From positions 3,627-67,626 of the IMG/VR virus record IMGVR_UViG_3300026521_000151: a DNA stretch of 64,000 nucleotides; one strand, given 5' to 3'. This document shows, one piece after another, positions 27,121 to 36,637 of the stretch. Each line of letters starts with the position of its first letter. Position 1 is the first letter of the stretch. This DNA is from a virus. Below the pieces are notes generated by a model. It saw nothing but the letters and a program-made list of their open reading frames with translations. It was not told where the DNA came from and did not search any database. The translations under genes were made by a program, and so were the position numbers.

Positions 27121-30111
27121 TTAATTTGCACAATCAATACATTTATTTGATTCTTTTGAATCAATAGTTAAGCTATAATACACTGCTTTCAATTCTTTAT
27201 TTTTAAAAGCATTCAATATACTATCACTAATAAGTTTTATATTAGTATTTTCAGGATTGATAAATAACTCCATTGAAATACCTGTATCGACCCATCTCTG
27301 TAACCTTGTTGTCATATGCACTATATCGTGTGCAGGTATTTGATACTTAGCTTTATAACTCCAATAGTTAGTTTTTATAAATTTAGGCATAACAGGTACA
27401 TTCATACCCCCTAACTTTTGATAAAAGAACTTTTCTTGTGGCGGTAAGTAACTTGCCGTCGTACCCATAAGTAATCCTGTTGAAGTGTTAGGTGCTATTG
27501 CTAACAACCAACCATTCCTTAGTCCATACTTATTTATGTCATTTATTAAACCAACCCAATCTAAATTGTTTAAACTTCTTTGGTTTAACTCTTCTGGTAA
27601 TGTACCAAATAATGTCTTAATACCATTAAAAGCTTTGTAACTACCTTTTTCCTTAGCTATTTCCATACTACCTTTAAATGTATAGAATGAAATAAGTTCT
27701 ATTAGTTTTTCAGCCTCGTAATAACCTTTTTCACTGTTATAAACAACATTCTTACTTGCTAAATAATCAGCTAACCCTAAAATACCTATTCCTATATTTC
27801 TAAACAACTCTGATGAATTCTTAGCCTCTGGTACAGGCATTGTTCCAGTATCAATAGAATTGTCTAACATTTCTACTGCACATTTAGCTACCTCCTCAAT
27901 ATCATATTTGTCTATATCCGCTACATTAATAGAAATCAAACTACAACTATGGTATAAACCATCTGATGTATAATTAGTTATTTTATCCTCAACAACATCT
28001 AAGCTATATTTAGTAGCTGGTTTAATTAGGCTATAACTTTCTTGACATTGTCCTGTACATAAACCATTAAACATACCTAAATGTTTTTTAGACTCTGTAA
28101 AACACCAAGTAGGTTCTATTTTACCTTCATCTACAATAGCTGTTACTTGTATAAACTGTTCAGCGTTTCTACTAGGTTGTCTTAATTTAGGTTGTAGTCT
28201 AAATGTCTTTAAACCAAGACTTAGTAAAGCTTGAACACCATTCTCTCCGATAAGTAACCTATAACTATCCTCACGTTTGTTTAAAGTAGTTACAACACCT
28301 AATGTCTGTAGCATCAGTAAAACATTATGTAAAAATATATAATTCTTGTCCTTTATTTGAATACTATAATCACCAAACAAAATACCATTATTATCCATAA
28401 GCTGTGCTAACCACCTTAACCTACTTTGTACTGTATAAGCTTTATCAGGTACAAAATAATCACCTGATTTAAGATTAGTACAAGAAAATTCTTTATACCC
28501 ATCAATAATAGGTAAGTCAAATTTAATTAGTTTATCACCTATATGCAACTCATATGCACGCTTTTCAATAGTTTTACCCGCAATAGCCACATAAAATTTA
28601 TGGTAAGGAGTACATTCAATAGTACCTCCGTTTGTTTCTACTTTTACTACTTTCTGTCCTTCACTTGTCTTAACAATAGTAGTTTCACTCCACTCACTAC
28701 CATTCCACACATTCACTTGTTGGTCTTCTAAGTCTATAATCTCTTTATATCCATACTCTTTTGTTAAAATCTTAGTATCTCCAACAACACACAGATTCCC
28801 ACAAGTAGCTACACCAATATCTTGATGTCTATTATCTATGTTTAAGTTGTCTTTGTGATTTATATAAAAATCTCCAGTTTCAATGTAAATCTCTAAGTAC
28901 CTTTTCCATAATTCTTTAGCTTTTACTTTTCTAAAATGCTTTAATTTACCGTCTTCAATTAACTTTACTATTTTACTATAAGTGTCTTTAAAAGCATCGC
29001 CTATTAAATAAGGTATCACTACATTTAATAATTTACCTGCTTCATAATGGTCAAATTGATATACAAAGTCATCATTTAAAACTGCGTCTATAAACACATC
29101 ATCTACAACAATTTGTGGGAATAAATCAAATGCTTTTAACCTTAACTCTCCTGCTGTTTCTGTTTTCATTTCTACAAAATCATTACTGTCTAAATGATAC
29201 CAATCGATAGCTGGTGTTATAGCACCTTTCCTATTAGCACTTGCTTGTGTTACTGAATTAGCTATATCATTAAAGAACCTAACCCAATTCATTATATTAC
29301 CAGCACTCGGTATTTTATCTGACTTACTTCCTTGTGGTCTTATAGGAGTAACATATACACCTAAACCTCCACCGGCTCTCGATATAACACCTGCATCCAT
29401 AATAGCCTTTGCAATACCTTCCCAACTATCAGAAATAGGTAGAATAAAGCAACTACCTGTGTTACCATTAGGTACTCTTAAATTTCTTTTAAATGGTGTA
29501 GCTAAACTGATAACATTATTGTTAAGTAAATTAAAGTATTGTTTAGCTTTACTGACTCTATCTGTATAATTATTAGCTAAAATCATTGCATTAACTAAAT
29601 TAGCCCATATAGGATATTCTGTTATGCTGCCATTTAACTTTAGTAGATATTTTGATTTTAAACTTGCTACTTGTGCTATTGTAAGCTCAAAATCTTGTAA
29701 ATTACCGTCAATAAATTTACTTAACTCAGCTAAATCATCTTTCGTGTAATTACTTAAAAGATTAAAATTATACAAATTATTATCAACAGCAAATGTTGTT
29801 ATAAACTCATAAAAATTATGATAGTCTAATTTAGTTTGTTTATAAACTTGTCTATATAATTGCCACATAGCTAATCTACCAGCTACTTTAATCATATCAG
29901 GTTCATCTAATGATGTAAGCTTTATAGCAGTTGTCATAATAACATCTTGTAAATCAGTTGTAGTTACTACCTCACTTGTTATTTTTAACTTACTCTCAAT
30001 TTCGAGGGGATTAATATCTGTATCTTTACAAGCAAACTCTAACTGCCTCCTAATTTTAAGTACATCAAATTCCTCTAACTCACCACTTCTTTTTATAACG
30101 TTTTTAATCAT
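27121..30111 (-). CDS. nrdA: Class I ribonucleotide reductase alpha subunit with ATP cone and intein
   Basis: N-terminal ATP cone VIKRSG, SCF, GGGLG, NL-[intein]-CQE, APNTSTG, C-terminal CxxC. Confidence 0.95.
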   Translation of the reverse strand: MIKNVIKRSGELEEFDVLKIRRQLEFACKDTDINPLEIESKLKITSEVVTTTDLQDVIMTTAIKLTSLDEPDMIKVAGRLAMWQLYRQVYKQTKLDYHNFYEFITTFAVDNNLYNFNLLSNYTKDDLAELSKFIDGNLQDFELTIAQVASLKSKYLLKLNGSITEYPIWANLVNAMILANNYTDRVSKAKQYFNLLNNNVISLATPFKRNLRVPNGNTGSCFILPISDSWEGIAKAIMDAGVISRAGGGLGVYVTPIRPQGSKSDKIPSAGNIMNWVRFFNDIANSVTQASANRKGAITPAIDWYHLDSNDFVEMKTETAGELRLKAFDLFPQIVVDDVFIDAVLNDDFVYQFDHYEAGKLLNVVIPYLIGDAFKDTYSKIVKLIEDGKLKHFRKVKAKELWKRYLEIYIETGDFYINHKDNLNIDNRHQDIGVATCGNLCVVGDTKILTKEYGYKEIIDLEDQQVNVWNGSEWSETTIVKTSEGQKVVKVETNGGTIECTPYHKFYVAIAGKTIEKRAYELHIGDKLIKFDLPIIDGYKEFSCTNLKSGDYFVPDKAYTVQSRLRWLAQLMDNNGILFGDYSIQIKDKNYIFLHNVLLMLQTLGVVTTLNKREDSYRLLIGENGVQALLSLGLKTFRLQPKLRQPSRNAEQFIQVTAIVDEGKIEPTWCFTESKKHLGMFNGLCTGQCQESYSLIKPATKYSLDVVEDKITNYTSDGLYHSCSLISINVADIDKYDIEEVAKCAVEMLDNSIDTGTMPVPEAKNSSELFRNIGIGILGLADYLASKNVVYNSEKGYYEAEKLIELISFYTFKGSMEIAKEKGSYKAFNGIKTLFGTLPEELNQRSLNNLDWVGLINDINKYGLRNGWLLAIAPNTSTGLLMGTTASYLPPQEKFFYQKLGGMNVPVMPKFIKTNYWSYKAKYQIPAHDIVHMTTRLQRWVDTGISMELFINPENTNIKLISDSILNAFKNKELKAVYYSLTIDSKESNKCIDCAN
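28048..28791 (-). mobile_element. Intein (248 aa) ending in Gln, with partial LAGLIDADG domain
   Basis: Block A CVVGDTKILT, block B IECTPYHKF, C-terminal HLGMFNGLCTGQ followed by +1 Cys (the catalytic NLCxE cysteine). Confidence 0.9.
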
Positions 30112-30146
30112 CGTCTAAATTCTCCTTTTTGTTTATTTAGATTGAC

Positions 30147-30175
30147 ATTATAATCTAAATTCTACACATTGTCAA
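30147..30175 (-). promoter_or_regulatory. Consensus sigma70 promoter for nrdA
   Basis: Minus strand TTGACA-17-TATAAT. Confidence 0.75.
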
Positions 30176-30223
30176 GTTAATTATACTCAAAGTATATATT
30201 TTAGTATTAAAAAAGCTGATATT

Positions 30224-30421
30224 TCACAGCTTTAATATAAAATTAACAAAATATATCATTATATAATATATAACTAATAACCACCAACACACCACTAAAA
30301 ACAACAAAATACCTACTTTTGTTAAATCATCTTTTGGTTTTATAACATCTCTATCATTATAAATAAAAATACCTGCAAAAAACAAACCTACAATTAGATA
30401 ATCTAATAATAGAAAAATCAT
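30224..30421 (-). CDS. Small membrane protein
   Basis: 65 aa with two TM segments; AGGAGG RBS. Confidence 0.55.
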   Translation of the reverse strand: MIFLLLDYLIVGLFFAGIFIYNDRDVIKPKDDLTKVGILLFLVVCWWLLVIYYIMIYFVNFILKL

Positions 30422-30562
30422 CTCAACCTCCTACTTATTTCTTTACTATTTATAAACATATAATCATTCCTATAAACTAAAACATAAGCTACACCTGTTA
30501 AAACTAATGTTAAAATTATAAAATATATAGTTACAAGTAACCTAAATTGTTTATAATTACTA

Positions 30563-30814
30563 TCATATAATATCATTAACTACTTCCTTTGACATATATA
30601 ATATAGGTGCTAATATATATGTTATATCACTTTTAAATTTGACTAATTTTGTATCTATATATGCCTCTACAATATCGAAGTCTTCGTCTTTATCACAATA
30701 TATAAAGTGAAATCTATCGTCCTTTAAAAAGCCTATATGACCACAACTACATAATCTATTAGTATAAAGTATATCATTACACTTATTGCACTTTACAGCT
30801 TTTACCCTATCCAT
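30563..30814 (-). CDS. Small Zn-binding hypothetical protein
   Basis: CNKC...CSCG. Confidence 0.55.
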   Translation of the reverse strand: MDRVKAVKCNKCNDILYTNRLCSCGHIGFLKDDRFHFIYCDKDEDFDIVEAYIDTKLVKFKSDITYILAPILYMSKEVVNDII

Positions 30815-31082
30815 TCTTTAACCTATCTAAAACTAATTCATCTAACTTTAACCTATCTTCATCAAATCTATCTAAGTCTTTAATAACAATAATAGGTATG
30901 TTTTTAGTTAATGTTTTAAGTTGTGAATTATCTCTTGTTAGTGAGTATTTTTGCTTCACCACATTTAAAGTTCTGTCAGAAATACCAAACACCTTAGCTA
31001 TCTCTTTGTCTGTAAGGAAAGGTAATAATGATTTCAATAACCTTAAATCATCACCTCTCCAATTATTCTTTCTCTTTTTCAT
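30807..31082 (-). CDS. Putative HTH protein
   Basis: LTDKEIAKVFGISDRTL. Confidence 0.55.
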   Translation of the reverse strand: MKKRKNNWRGDDLRLLKSLLPFLTDKEIAKVFGISDRTLNVVKQKYSLTRDNSQLKTLTKNIPIIVIKDLDRFDEDRLKLDELVLDRLKNG

Positions 31083-31092
31083 TTAAACACCT

Positions 31093-32463
31093 TTAAAGTA
31101 CTACAATATCATTAACATTATAGCTTTTCTCAAATGTATAAATTCCATAACGCATTGAGGCTACTAAGTCGAAGTGGTGTCCTTTAACTCTCTTAAAAGG
31201 GTCAGGACTACTACCGTTATTAGTAGTTTCTTTCCACTCTATTAACTCAATCTCTGTAATTAATTGTTTCATATTGTCTGTAATAAATAGTTTTTCATTT
31301 CGAAATAACATATTTAAAGTGCTTATACCCTCTCTTACATTATTCTTTGCGGGATAAAAATATAAATCATAATTATTACTTAATGAAACAATCATCATTT
31401 TAGCTGATGGGTCACAAAATCTAACTTGTGGTTTAACATTCCATTTAGCCTCTAACTCTTTTATCTTCTGGGCTATAAGCTTTTCATCTAAACCACTTTC
31501 AGCAAAACCATCAAAAATGTAGTATTTACCATTTTCTACTTTTATTAATAAGTAAGCAGTGGCATCAACAAAACCTACATCTAATGCCCCAATAATTGTG
31601 CTATCTTTATCTATAAATTTTTCAACATTAGACAGAGGTATAACATTCACATTATGTTTAAAACTATTAAATACATCTGTACCTCCGACATCTATTAGCT
31701 CTGCCTCATACTCTCGTTTATATGTTGCTTCATCTAAAACAGCTCTTTGACTTTCTAAGAACTCTTTTGTGTTCATAGGATTTAACTTTGAAGGTAGTCT
31801 AAATGATACGAAACCTCTCTCTTTATTTAATCCTTTATAATAATACTGTTTATACTCTTTTGCACCACTCTTATATGTACCCGAACACACAACTCTACCT
31901 AAAGGTAAGCCTGTATTTGGTATATTACCATAAGACGCTAATGAGGGAGATAAAGAATTAAGCACAGCGTCGATAGAGTTCATAATTCCTGCTTCATCAA
32001 TTAAAATTAAACTTGCTCTCCTACCTTCTGCACTATCTAATCTTGTTTGGTTAGCAACAACCATAGTGCTTCCATTTTCTAACTCTAAATGAAAATCACT
32101 ATTATTAACACTCTTAAAACCTATATTTAATTGTTTTAAATACTTAACAACATCTTTAAATATAATACCTGCTTGTTTAGCATAAGGTGCTACAATAATA
32201 GTTGAGCTAAATGGTAACATCAACTCTGTTAAAGCTATCATAACTAATGTATGTGTTTTACCAAACCTCCTCGCAATAATAAGAATAAAGAAGTAATAAT
32301 CTTCCCACTTATTGTCGTAAGAATCTAATATCAACTGCTGACCTTTGTGGGGAGTAAAACCTAACAACTTAAACATTTTACTTACTTTAGGTCGTTTAGT
32401 ACTTAAAGCTACTTGTCTGTAACAATCTATTTCAGGATTTGATATAATTATATTATCTTCCAT
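31093..32463 (-). CDS. terL: Terminase large subunit
   Basis: PHKGQ, IARRFGKT, LILIDEAG, REYEAE, LDVGFVDATA, DPSA, HFDLVASMRY. Confidence 0.93.
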   Translation of the reverse strand: MEDNIIISNPEIDCYRQVALSTKRPKVSKMFKLLGFTPHKGQQLILDSYDNKWEDYYFFILIIARRFGKTHTLVMIALTELMLPFSSTIIVAPYAKQAGIIFKDVVKYLKQLNIGFKSVNNSDFHLELENGSTMVVANQTRLDSAEGRRASLILIDEAGIMNSIDAVLNSLSPSLASYGNIPNTGLPLGRVVCSGTYKSGAKEYKQYYYKGLNKERGFVSFRLPSKLNPMNTKEFLESQRAVLDEATYKREYEAELIDVGGTDVFNSFKHNVNVIPLSNVEKFIDKDSTIIGALDVGFVDATAYLLIKVENGKYYIFDGFAESGLDEKLIAQKIKELEAKWNVKPQVRFCDPSAKMMIVSLSNNYDLYFYPAKNNVREGISTLNMLFRNEKLFITDNMKQLITEIELIEWKETTNNGSSPDPFKRVKGHHFDLVASMRYGIYTFEKSYNVNDIVVL

Positions 32464-32473
32464 ATCAATCCTT

Positions 32474-32863
32474 TTACGCTAATTGATTAAGTACATTGAT
32501 AATTACATTCTCACCACCTGCACCTAATCTCTTTTTCTCAGTTTCTTTCATCATTGCATTTGTCGTATTTATAACATCTAAAATATCTCTACCTCTGCCT
32601 AACAAATCAGTCATATTTTCAGCATTCTCTGTTAGCTCATCTGTAAGGTCATTAAGTATCTCACTTTGCTTTACTTTAAGTAATAACTCTCTATGTTCTA
32701 CAATTTCAACTAATTTATCTTTTATATTAGGTTTAACAAATACTTTGTTTATAGCTTTTATTGGTAAATCTAATTTATAAGCTATGTCTTTTCTTGAATA
32801 ACCTTTAGTATAAAGTTCTAAGACTTGTTCATCTAACTCTGTAAATTTAACTAACTCATTCAT
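32474..32863 (-). CDS. terS: Probable terminase small subunit
   Basis: N-terminal HTH and helical body, directly upstream of terL; start re-called at MNELVK. Confidence 0.65.
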   Translation of the reverse strand: MNELVKFTELDEQVLELYTKGYSRKDIAYKLDLPIKAINKVFVKPNIKDKLVEIVEHRELLLKVKQSEILNDLTDELTENAENMTDLLGRGRDILDVINTTNAMMKETEKKRLGAGGENVIINVLNQLA

Positions 32864-33065
32864 CGTTATACCTTTTAGGTAATTTATTTGTATAACCACA
32901 TTTATATTTAACAAACTGTATAAAATCACTGATAGACGCCACTACATCTGAATCCTTACTCCTAAGTTTTCTATAAGCCTCTTCACAAACATCACAAGTA
33001 TTTTTATCGTCTTGAATACGTTTACCGCAACTGCAATATCTCCTATTTTTCTTTAATCTTACCAT
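32856..33065 (-). CDS. Small Zn-ribbon protein
   Basis: CSCG...CDVC. Confidence 0.5.
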   Translation of the reverse strand: MVRLKKNRRYCSCGKRIQDDKNTCDVCEEAYRKLRSKDSDVVASISDFIQFVKYKCGYTNKLPKRYNDE

Positions 33066-33066
33066 A

Positions 33067-34581
33067 TTAACTCACCTTATCTCGATAGCTTGATTTAGCT
33101 TTCATACCACTACGAGTTAATGTTACTACATTTTGTGCTATAGAGGCTAACAATTCTATCGAATATATATTATGCTTAGCTTTCTTCATAAACTTAGCGT
33201 AGTCTTCTTCATTATCTTTAAAGTTAGCTGATTTAAAATAACTTACTAACTCTTCAGCAGGAATACTACATAAAATTAAGTCAAATAAAGTTACCATATC
33301 TTTATCTTTTTGTAAGTCAAAACTACCAATTAAAATAAATAGCTCTTTTACTTCCTCTCTATATTTTCTATAAGTCTTAATATCTACCTCTGCTAACCTT
33401 GCTAATCTATTATAGAACCCTACACCTTCCATAATATGATCAATAGTTGTTGCTCCTGTGTCTATTGCTATTGCTAAATTAGTAATAATCTTTATCAGCA
33501 TTTTAGAGTGTATAGTTTTAGTTAAGTCTAAATAATACTCTCTTGTAAATTTAGAATAAACAGGATTATAATTATCCTCTGTAAAATTAAATACAGATAA
33601 TGCTATGTTCTCTACCTCACTATTGTATAAAGGTATTCTAAATCTCTCATTCTCTCTCATTGCTATCTCCTTAAATTCTACATAACTTAATCCATTTCTA
33701 TGTGCCTCAAACCCTAATAAAGTAAGATTACTAAGTAAAGCTTTATTCCTACCACCGACATTAACTTTACTTAAATCAACTAATTGCTTAGTTATAAACT
33801 TACTTTTTGTTTCAAAATTAAACTCTTTTATTGTGAATCTACTAAGTTTATTTAACATTGTTGCTACAACACAATTAACAATCTCTTTACTACTAATAAA
33901 ATCTGTTAGATTAAATATAGTATTATTAAACTTATGTTCGTGTTGTAAAGGATTTCTCATTATATAACCTGCTGCATTCAAATCACCATTAAATAAGGCA
34001 TTCATTTGTCCTACCACATATTTATATAAAACAGTAGATAATGAGCTTTTGTTAGCTATGAAATGGTCTAATGTAAATAATATGTGCCAACCTTTCTTAG
34101 TCTTAGTGATAAAAGAAGGTAATTTACCAAACTTAGCCGTACAAAACTTCTCAATATCTTTAAAAGACTTAAATTGTTTTCTATCATCAATATCAACAGG
34201 TACAACTTTACTACCTAAAATACCATTACTTGTAGGCTTAATTTGTATAAAATAAGCTGTATTGATAGCAATGTTATTAAATGTTTTATCTGTTGCCGCT
34301 TTCTTATCTTTGGCTAATGAGCACTGCATTAGCCTTTGGTTGTTTACATAATAACTTAAATGTTCCTTAGGTAGATTTTTACCTACTCTTTTTCTACCTG
34401 TCGGGCTATATTGTAATTGATGTTTATCTACACCTTTTAAAATAGAATTAAGCTCTGTTAACTCTCTATTAAATTTAGTCTTAGCTTTAATAACTCCTTT
34501 CGGCAGCTTAGGTCCACTAAACATATTAGAAAGTTCATTTTTAAATTTTGATTTTATATCATCTATTATTTGTTTATTCAT
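33067..34581 (-). CDS. Plasmid-type replication initiator/primase (ColE2-like Replicase + PriCT-1)
   Basis: VDIDD, TKKGWHILF, GDLNAAGYIMRNP, GGRNKAL, PLYNSEVENIALSV. Confidence 0.7.
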   Translation of the reverse strand: MNKQIIDDIKSKFKNELSNMFSGPKLPKGVIKAKTKFNRELTELNSILKGVDKHQLQYSPTGRKRVGKNLPKEHLSYYVNNQRLMQCSLAKDKKAATDKTFNNIAINTAYFIQIKPTSNGILGSKVVPVDIDDRKQFKSFKDIEKFCTAKFGKLPSFITKTKKGWHILFTLDHFIANKSSLSTVLYKYVVGQMNALFNGDLNAAGYIMRNPLQHEHKFNNTIFNLTDFISSKEIVNCVVATMLNKLSRFTIKEFNFETKSKFITKQLVDLSKVNVGGRNKALLSNLTLLGFEAHRNGLSYVEFKEIAMRENERFRIPLYNSEVENIALSVFNFTEDNYNPVYSKFTREYYLDLTKTIHSKMLIKIITNLAIAIDTGATTIDHIMEGVGFYNRLARLAEVDIKTYRKYREEVKELFILIGSFDLQKDKDMVTLFDLILCSIPAEELVSYFKSANFKDNEEDYAKFMKKAKHNIYSIELLASIAQNVVTLTRSGMKAKSSYRDKVS

Positions 34582-34623
34582 ACAATCTCCTTTTATTTAT
34601 TTTTGTATCAGTAAATTACTTGT

Positions 34624-34671
34624 ATTATATCAAATTTTTAAAGTAATGTCAAGGGTTTTATAAAGAAATTT
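34624..34671 (-). promoter_or_regulatory. Consensus promoter for the rep-terS-terL operon
   Basis: TTGACA-17-TATAAT (34652-34624); near-identical inverted twin at 35087-35134. Confidence 0.8.
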
Positions 34672-34934
34672 TAAAAAACTTCACACTCTCTATAAGTATA
34701 TTACACCCCACTGTACAAAGTTTTAGGTTTTTTATGTGTTGCTAAGTGCGATGACGCCCACCAATTAGGTAAGTAAGAAATTTGTAAATTTAAATATACT
34801 ATAAGTATTATATACCTATTTCTGTTAATTTTAGTTTTAATGATAGCTAACGCGTTAGTGTAGTTTATAATGTAGTGTTGAGTAGAGTGACATAAATCAG
34901 TGGAGTGGTTGTAATTAGTTAGTCTATATTAGAG

Positions 34935-35071
34935 CAATATAAATGATAATTAAATAAACATAAAATAACTTTATTATTAGTATATATTTATTATATAAAA
35001 TTTCCCATAGGGTATTATCCTTAATTTAGGGGTTTTATAAAAATAGGTGTAAAATAATGACATTGAATTTT
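34935..35071 (+). repeat. R1 copy F
   Basis: R1 core on the plus strand upstream of the ligase promoter. Confidence 0.92.
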
Positions 35072-35086
35072 ATGGGTTATTTATAC

Positions 35087-35134
35087 AAATTTCTTTATAA
35101 AACTCTTGACATTATTTTAAAAATTTGGTATAAT
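35087..35134 (+). promoter_or_regulatory. Consensus promoter for DNA ligase
   Basis: TTGACA (35106)-17-TATAAT (35129). Confidence 0.8.
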
Positions 35135-35162
35135 TGTGTATAAATACACAAAAAGGATTTAG

Positions 35163-36509
35163 ATGAAATCTATTATAGACAGACTTAGTAATGTAAGTTC
35201 TCGTAAAGAGAAAGAGCGTATTTTAACAGAACATAAAGAAAATGAACTATTTAAAAAAGTGTTAAAAGCTACATATGATAATAGTATAAAGTATTATATA
35301 ACTGATTGTGTTTTCACTCCTACCAACGAAAACATAACATTAGATAATGCAATAGACTATCTGTTAAATGAAATAGCTACACGTAAAGTAACAGGTAACT
35401 TAGCACAAGAAACAGTTAATAAAATATATTCATCATTACCTACCGATGATAGATATGTTTTTAAGCTTGTTTTAGAGAGGAATTTAGGTTGTGGTATATC
35501 AACTACTACAATCAATAAAGTCTTCTCTGAGCTCATTACAGACCCTAAGAAACTATATATGCGTTGTAGTACGTATGATAAAAGTAAAATAAGTAAGATA
35601 GCAAAACCAAATGACCTATTTTATGTTCAAGAAAAGTTAGATGGTTTATATTGTAATTATGATATTAATAATCAAGACTTTATAACAAGGAACTTAAAAC
35701 AATTACCTTTGTTTGTAAATCAGTATGAAGCTTTTGTCGATATTGTAAGGGGTGTTAATAACACACAACTAAGTAATGGTGATTATATTTTACAAGGTGA
35801 GTTATTAATTAAAGACAAAATAACTAATGAGATACTACCTCGCGAGGTTGGTAATGGTATGTTAAACAGTAAGAACAATTTATTAGATTTAACTAAGTAT
35901 AAAGTAGTGTATTACGTGTGGGATGTGATAAGTAAAAATGTATGGTTAGGTAAGCAACAATCTAAACCTTATTATGATAGACTACAATTTTTACAAGATA
36001 ATGTTAAGTTTCTTAACGATTGTGTAGTAGTACCTCAAACAATTCAAATATACCATAATGGGAGTTTTGAATCAGAAGTAGATAAATTATTAGATTTATT
36101 TTTAAGTAGGGGTAGTGAGGGAATTGTAATTAAACATAGTAAGATGTTATGGGAGGGTAAAACAAGTAAATATCAATTAAAATATAAAAAGGTGATTGAG
36201 GTTGATTTACTAATTACTGATTTATTAAATGGTGTTACAGGAAGCAATAAAGGTAAATTATCTATATTACACTGTGAGAGTTTAGAGGGGGAGTTACAAG
36301 TTAATGTCGGCATAGGTTTGAGTGACGAAGTATTAGAGGACATTAGAAATAATATGAATAATTGGTTAGGTAAGGTTGTAGCTATTAAAGCATTTGGTAT
36401 TACAACTAATGATAATGGTTATAGTTTATTCTTACCTCGTTTTGTAGAGTTAAGGTTAGATAAAGATGAACCTGATAGTATAGATAGAATAAAAGAAATA
36501 GATAGTTAA
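35163..36509 (+). CDS. ATP-dependent DNA ligase (T4-like)
   Basis: QEKLDG, LQGEL, VWD, EGIVIK, KYK, SLFLPRF. Confidence 0.93.
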   Translation: MKSIIDRLSNVSSRKEKERILTEHKENELFKKVLKATYDNSIKYYITDCVFTPTNENITLDNAIDYLLNEIATRKVTGNLAQETVNKIYSSLPTDDRYVFKLVLERNLGCGISTTTINKVFSELITDPKKLYMRCSTYDKSKISKIAKPNDLFYVQEKLDGLYCNYDINNQDFITRNLKQLPLFVNQYEAFVDIVRGVNNTQLSNGDYILQGELLIKDKITNEILPREVGNGMLNSKNNLLDLTKYKVVYYVWDVISKNVWLGKQQSKPYYDRLQFLQDNVKFLNDCVVVPQTIQIYHNGSFESEVDKLLDLFLSRGSEGIVIKHSKMLWEGKTSKYQLKYKKVIEVDLLITDLLNGVTGSNKGKLSILHCESLEGELQVNVGIGLSDEVLEDIRNNMNNWLGKVVAIKAFGITTNDNGYSLFLPRFVELRLDKDEPDSIDRIKEIDS

Positions 36510-36610
36510 AATAATTTTATTATTAGTATATATTTATTATATAAAATTTCCCATAGGGTATTATCCTTAATTTAGGGATTTTATATTTTTATATTAATTT
36601 TAATGACATT
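36500..36610 (+). repeat. R1 copy G
   Basis: Begins in the last ligase codons (AGATAGTTAA, shared with copies C and E). Confidence 0.92.
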
Positions 36611-36637
36611 GGAAATATACAATAAAAAGGAGTTTAA

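Noticed and set aside
14141-36610. R1 as canonical integron attC sites
   Set aside because: No proper RYYYAAC/GTTRRRY core pair and no integron integrase in the window; kept only as an analogy.
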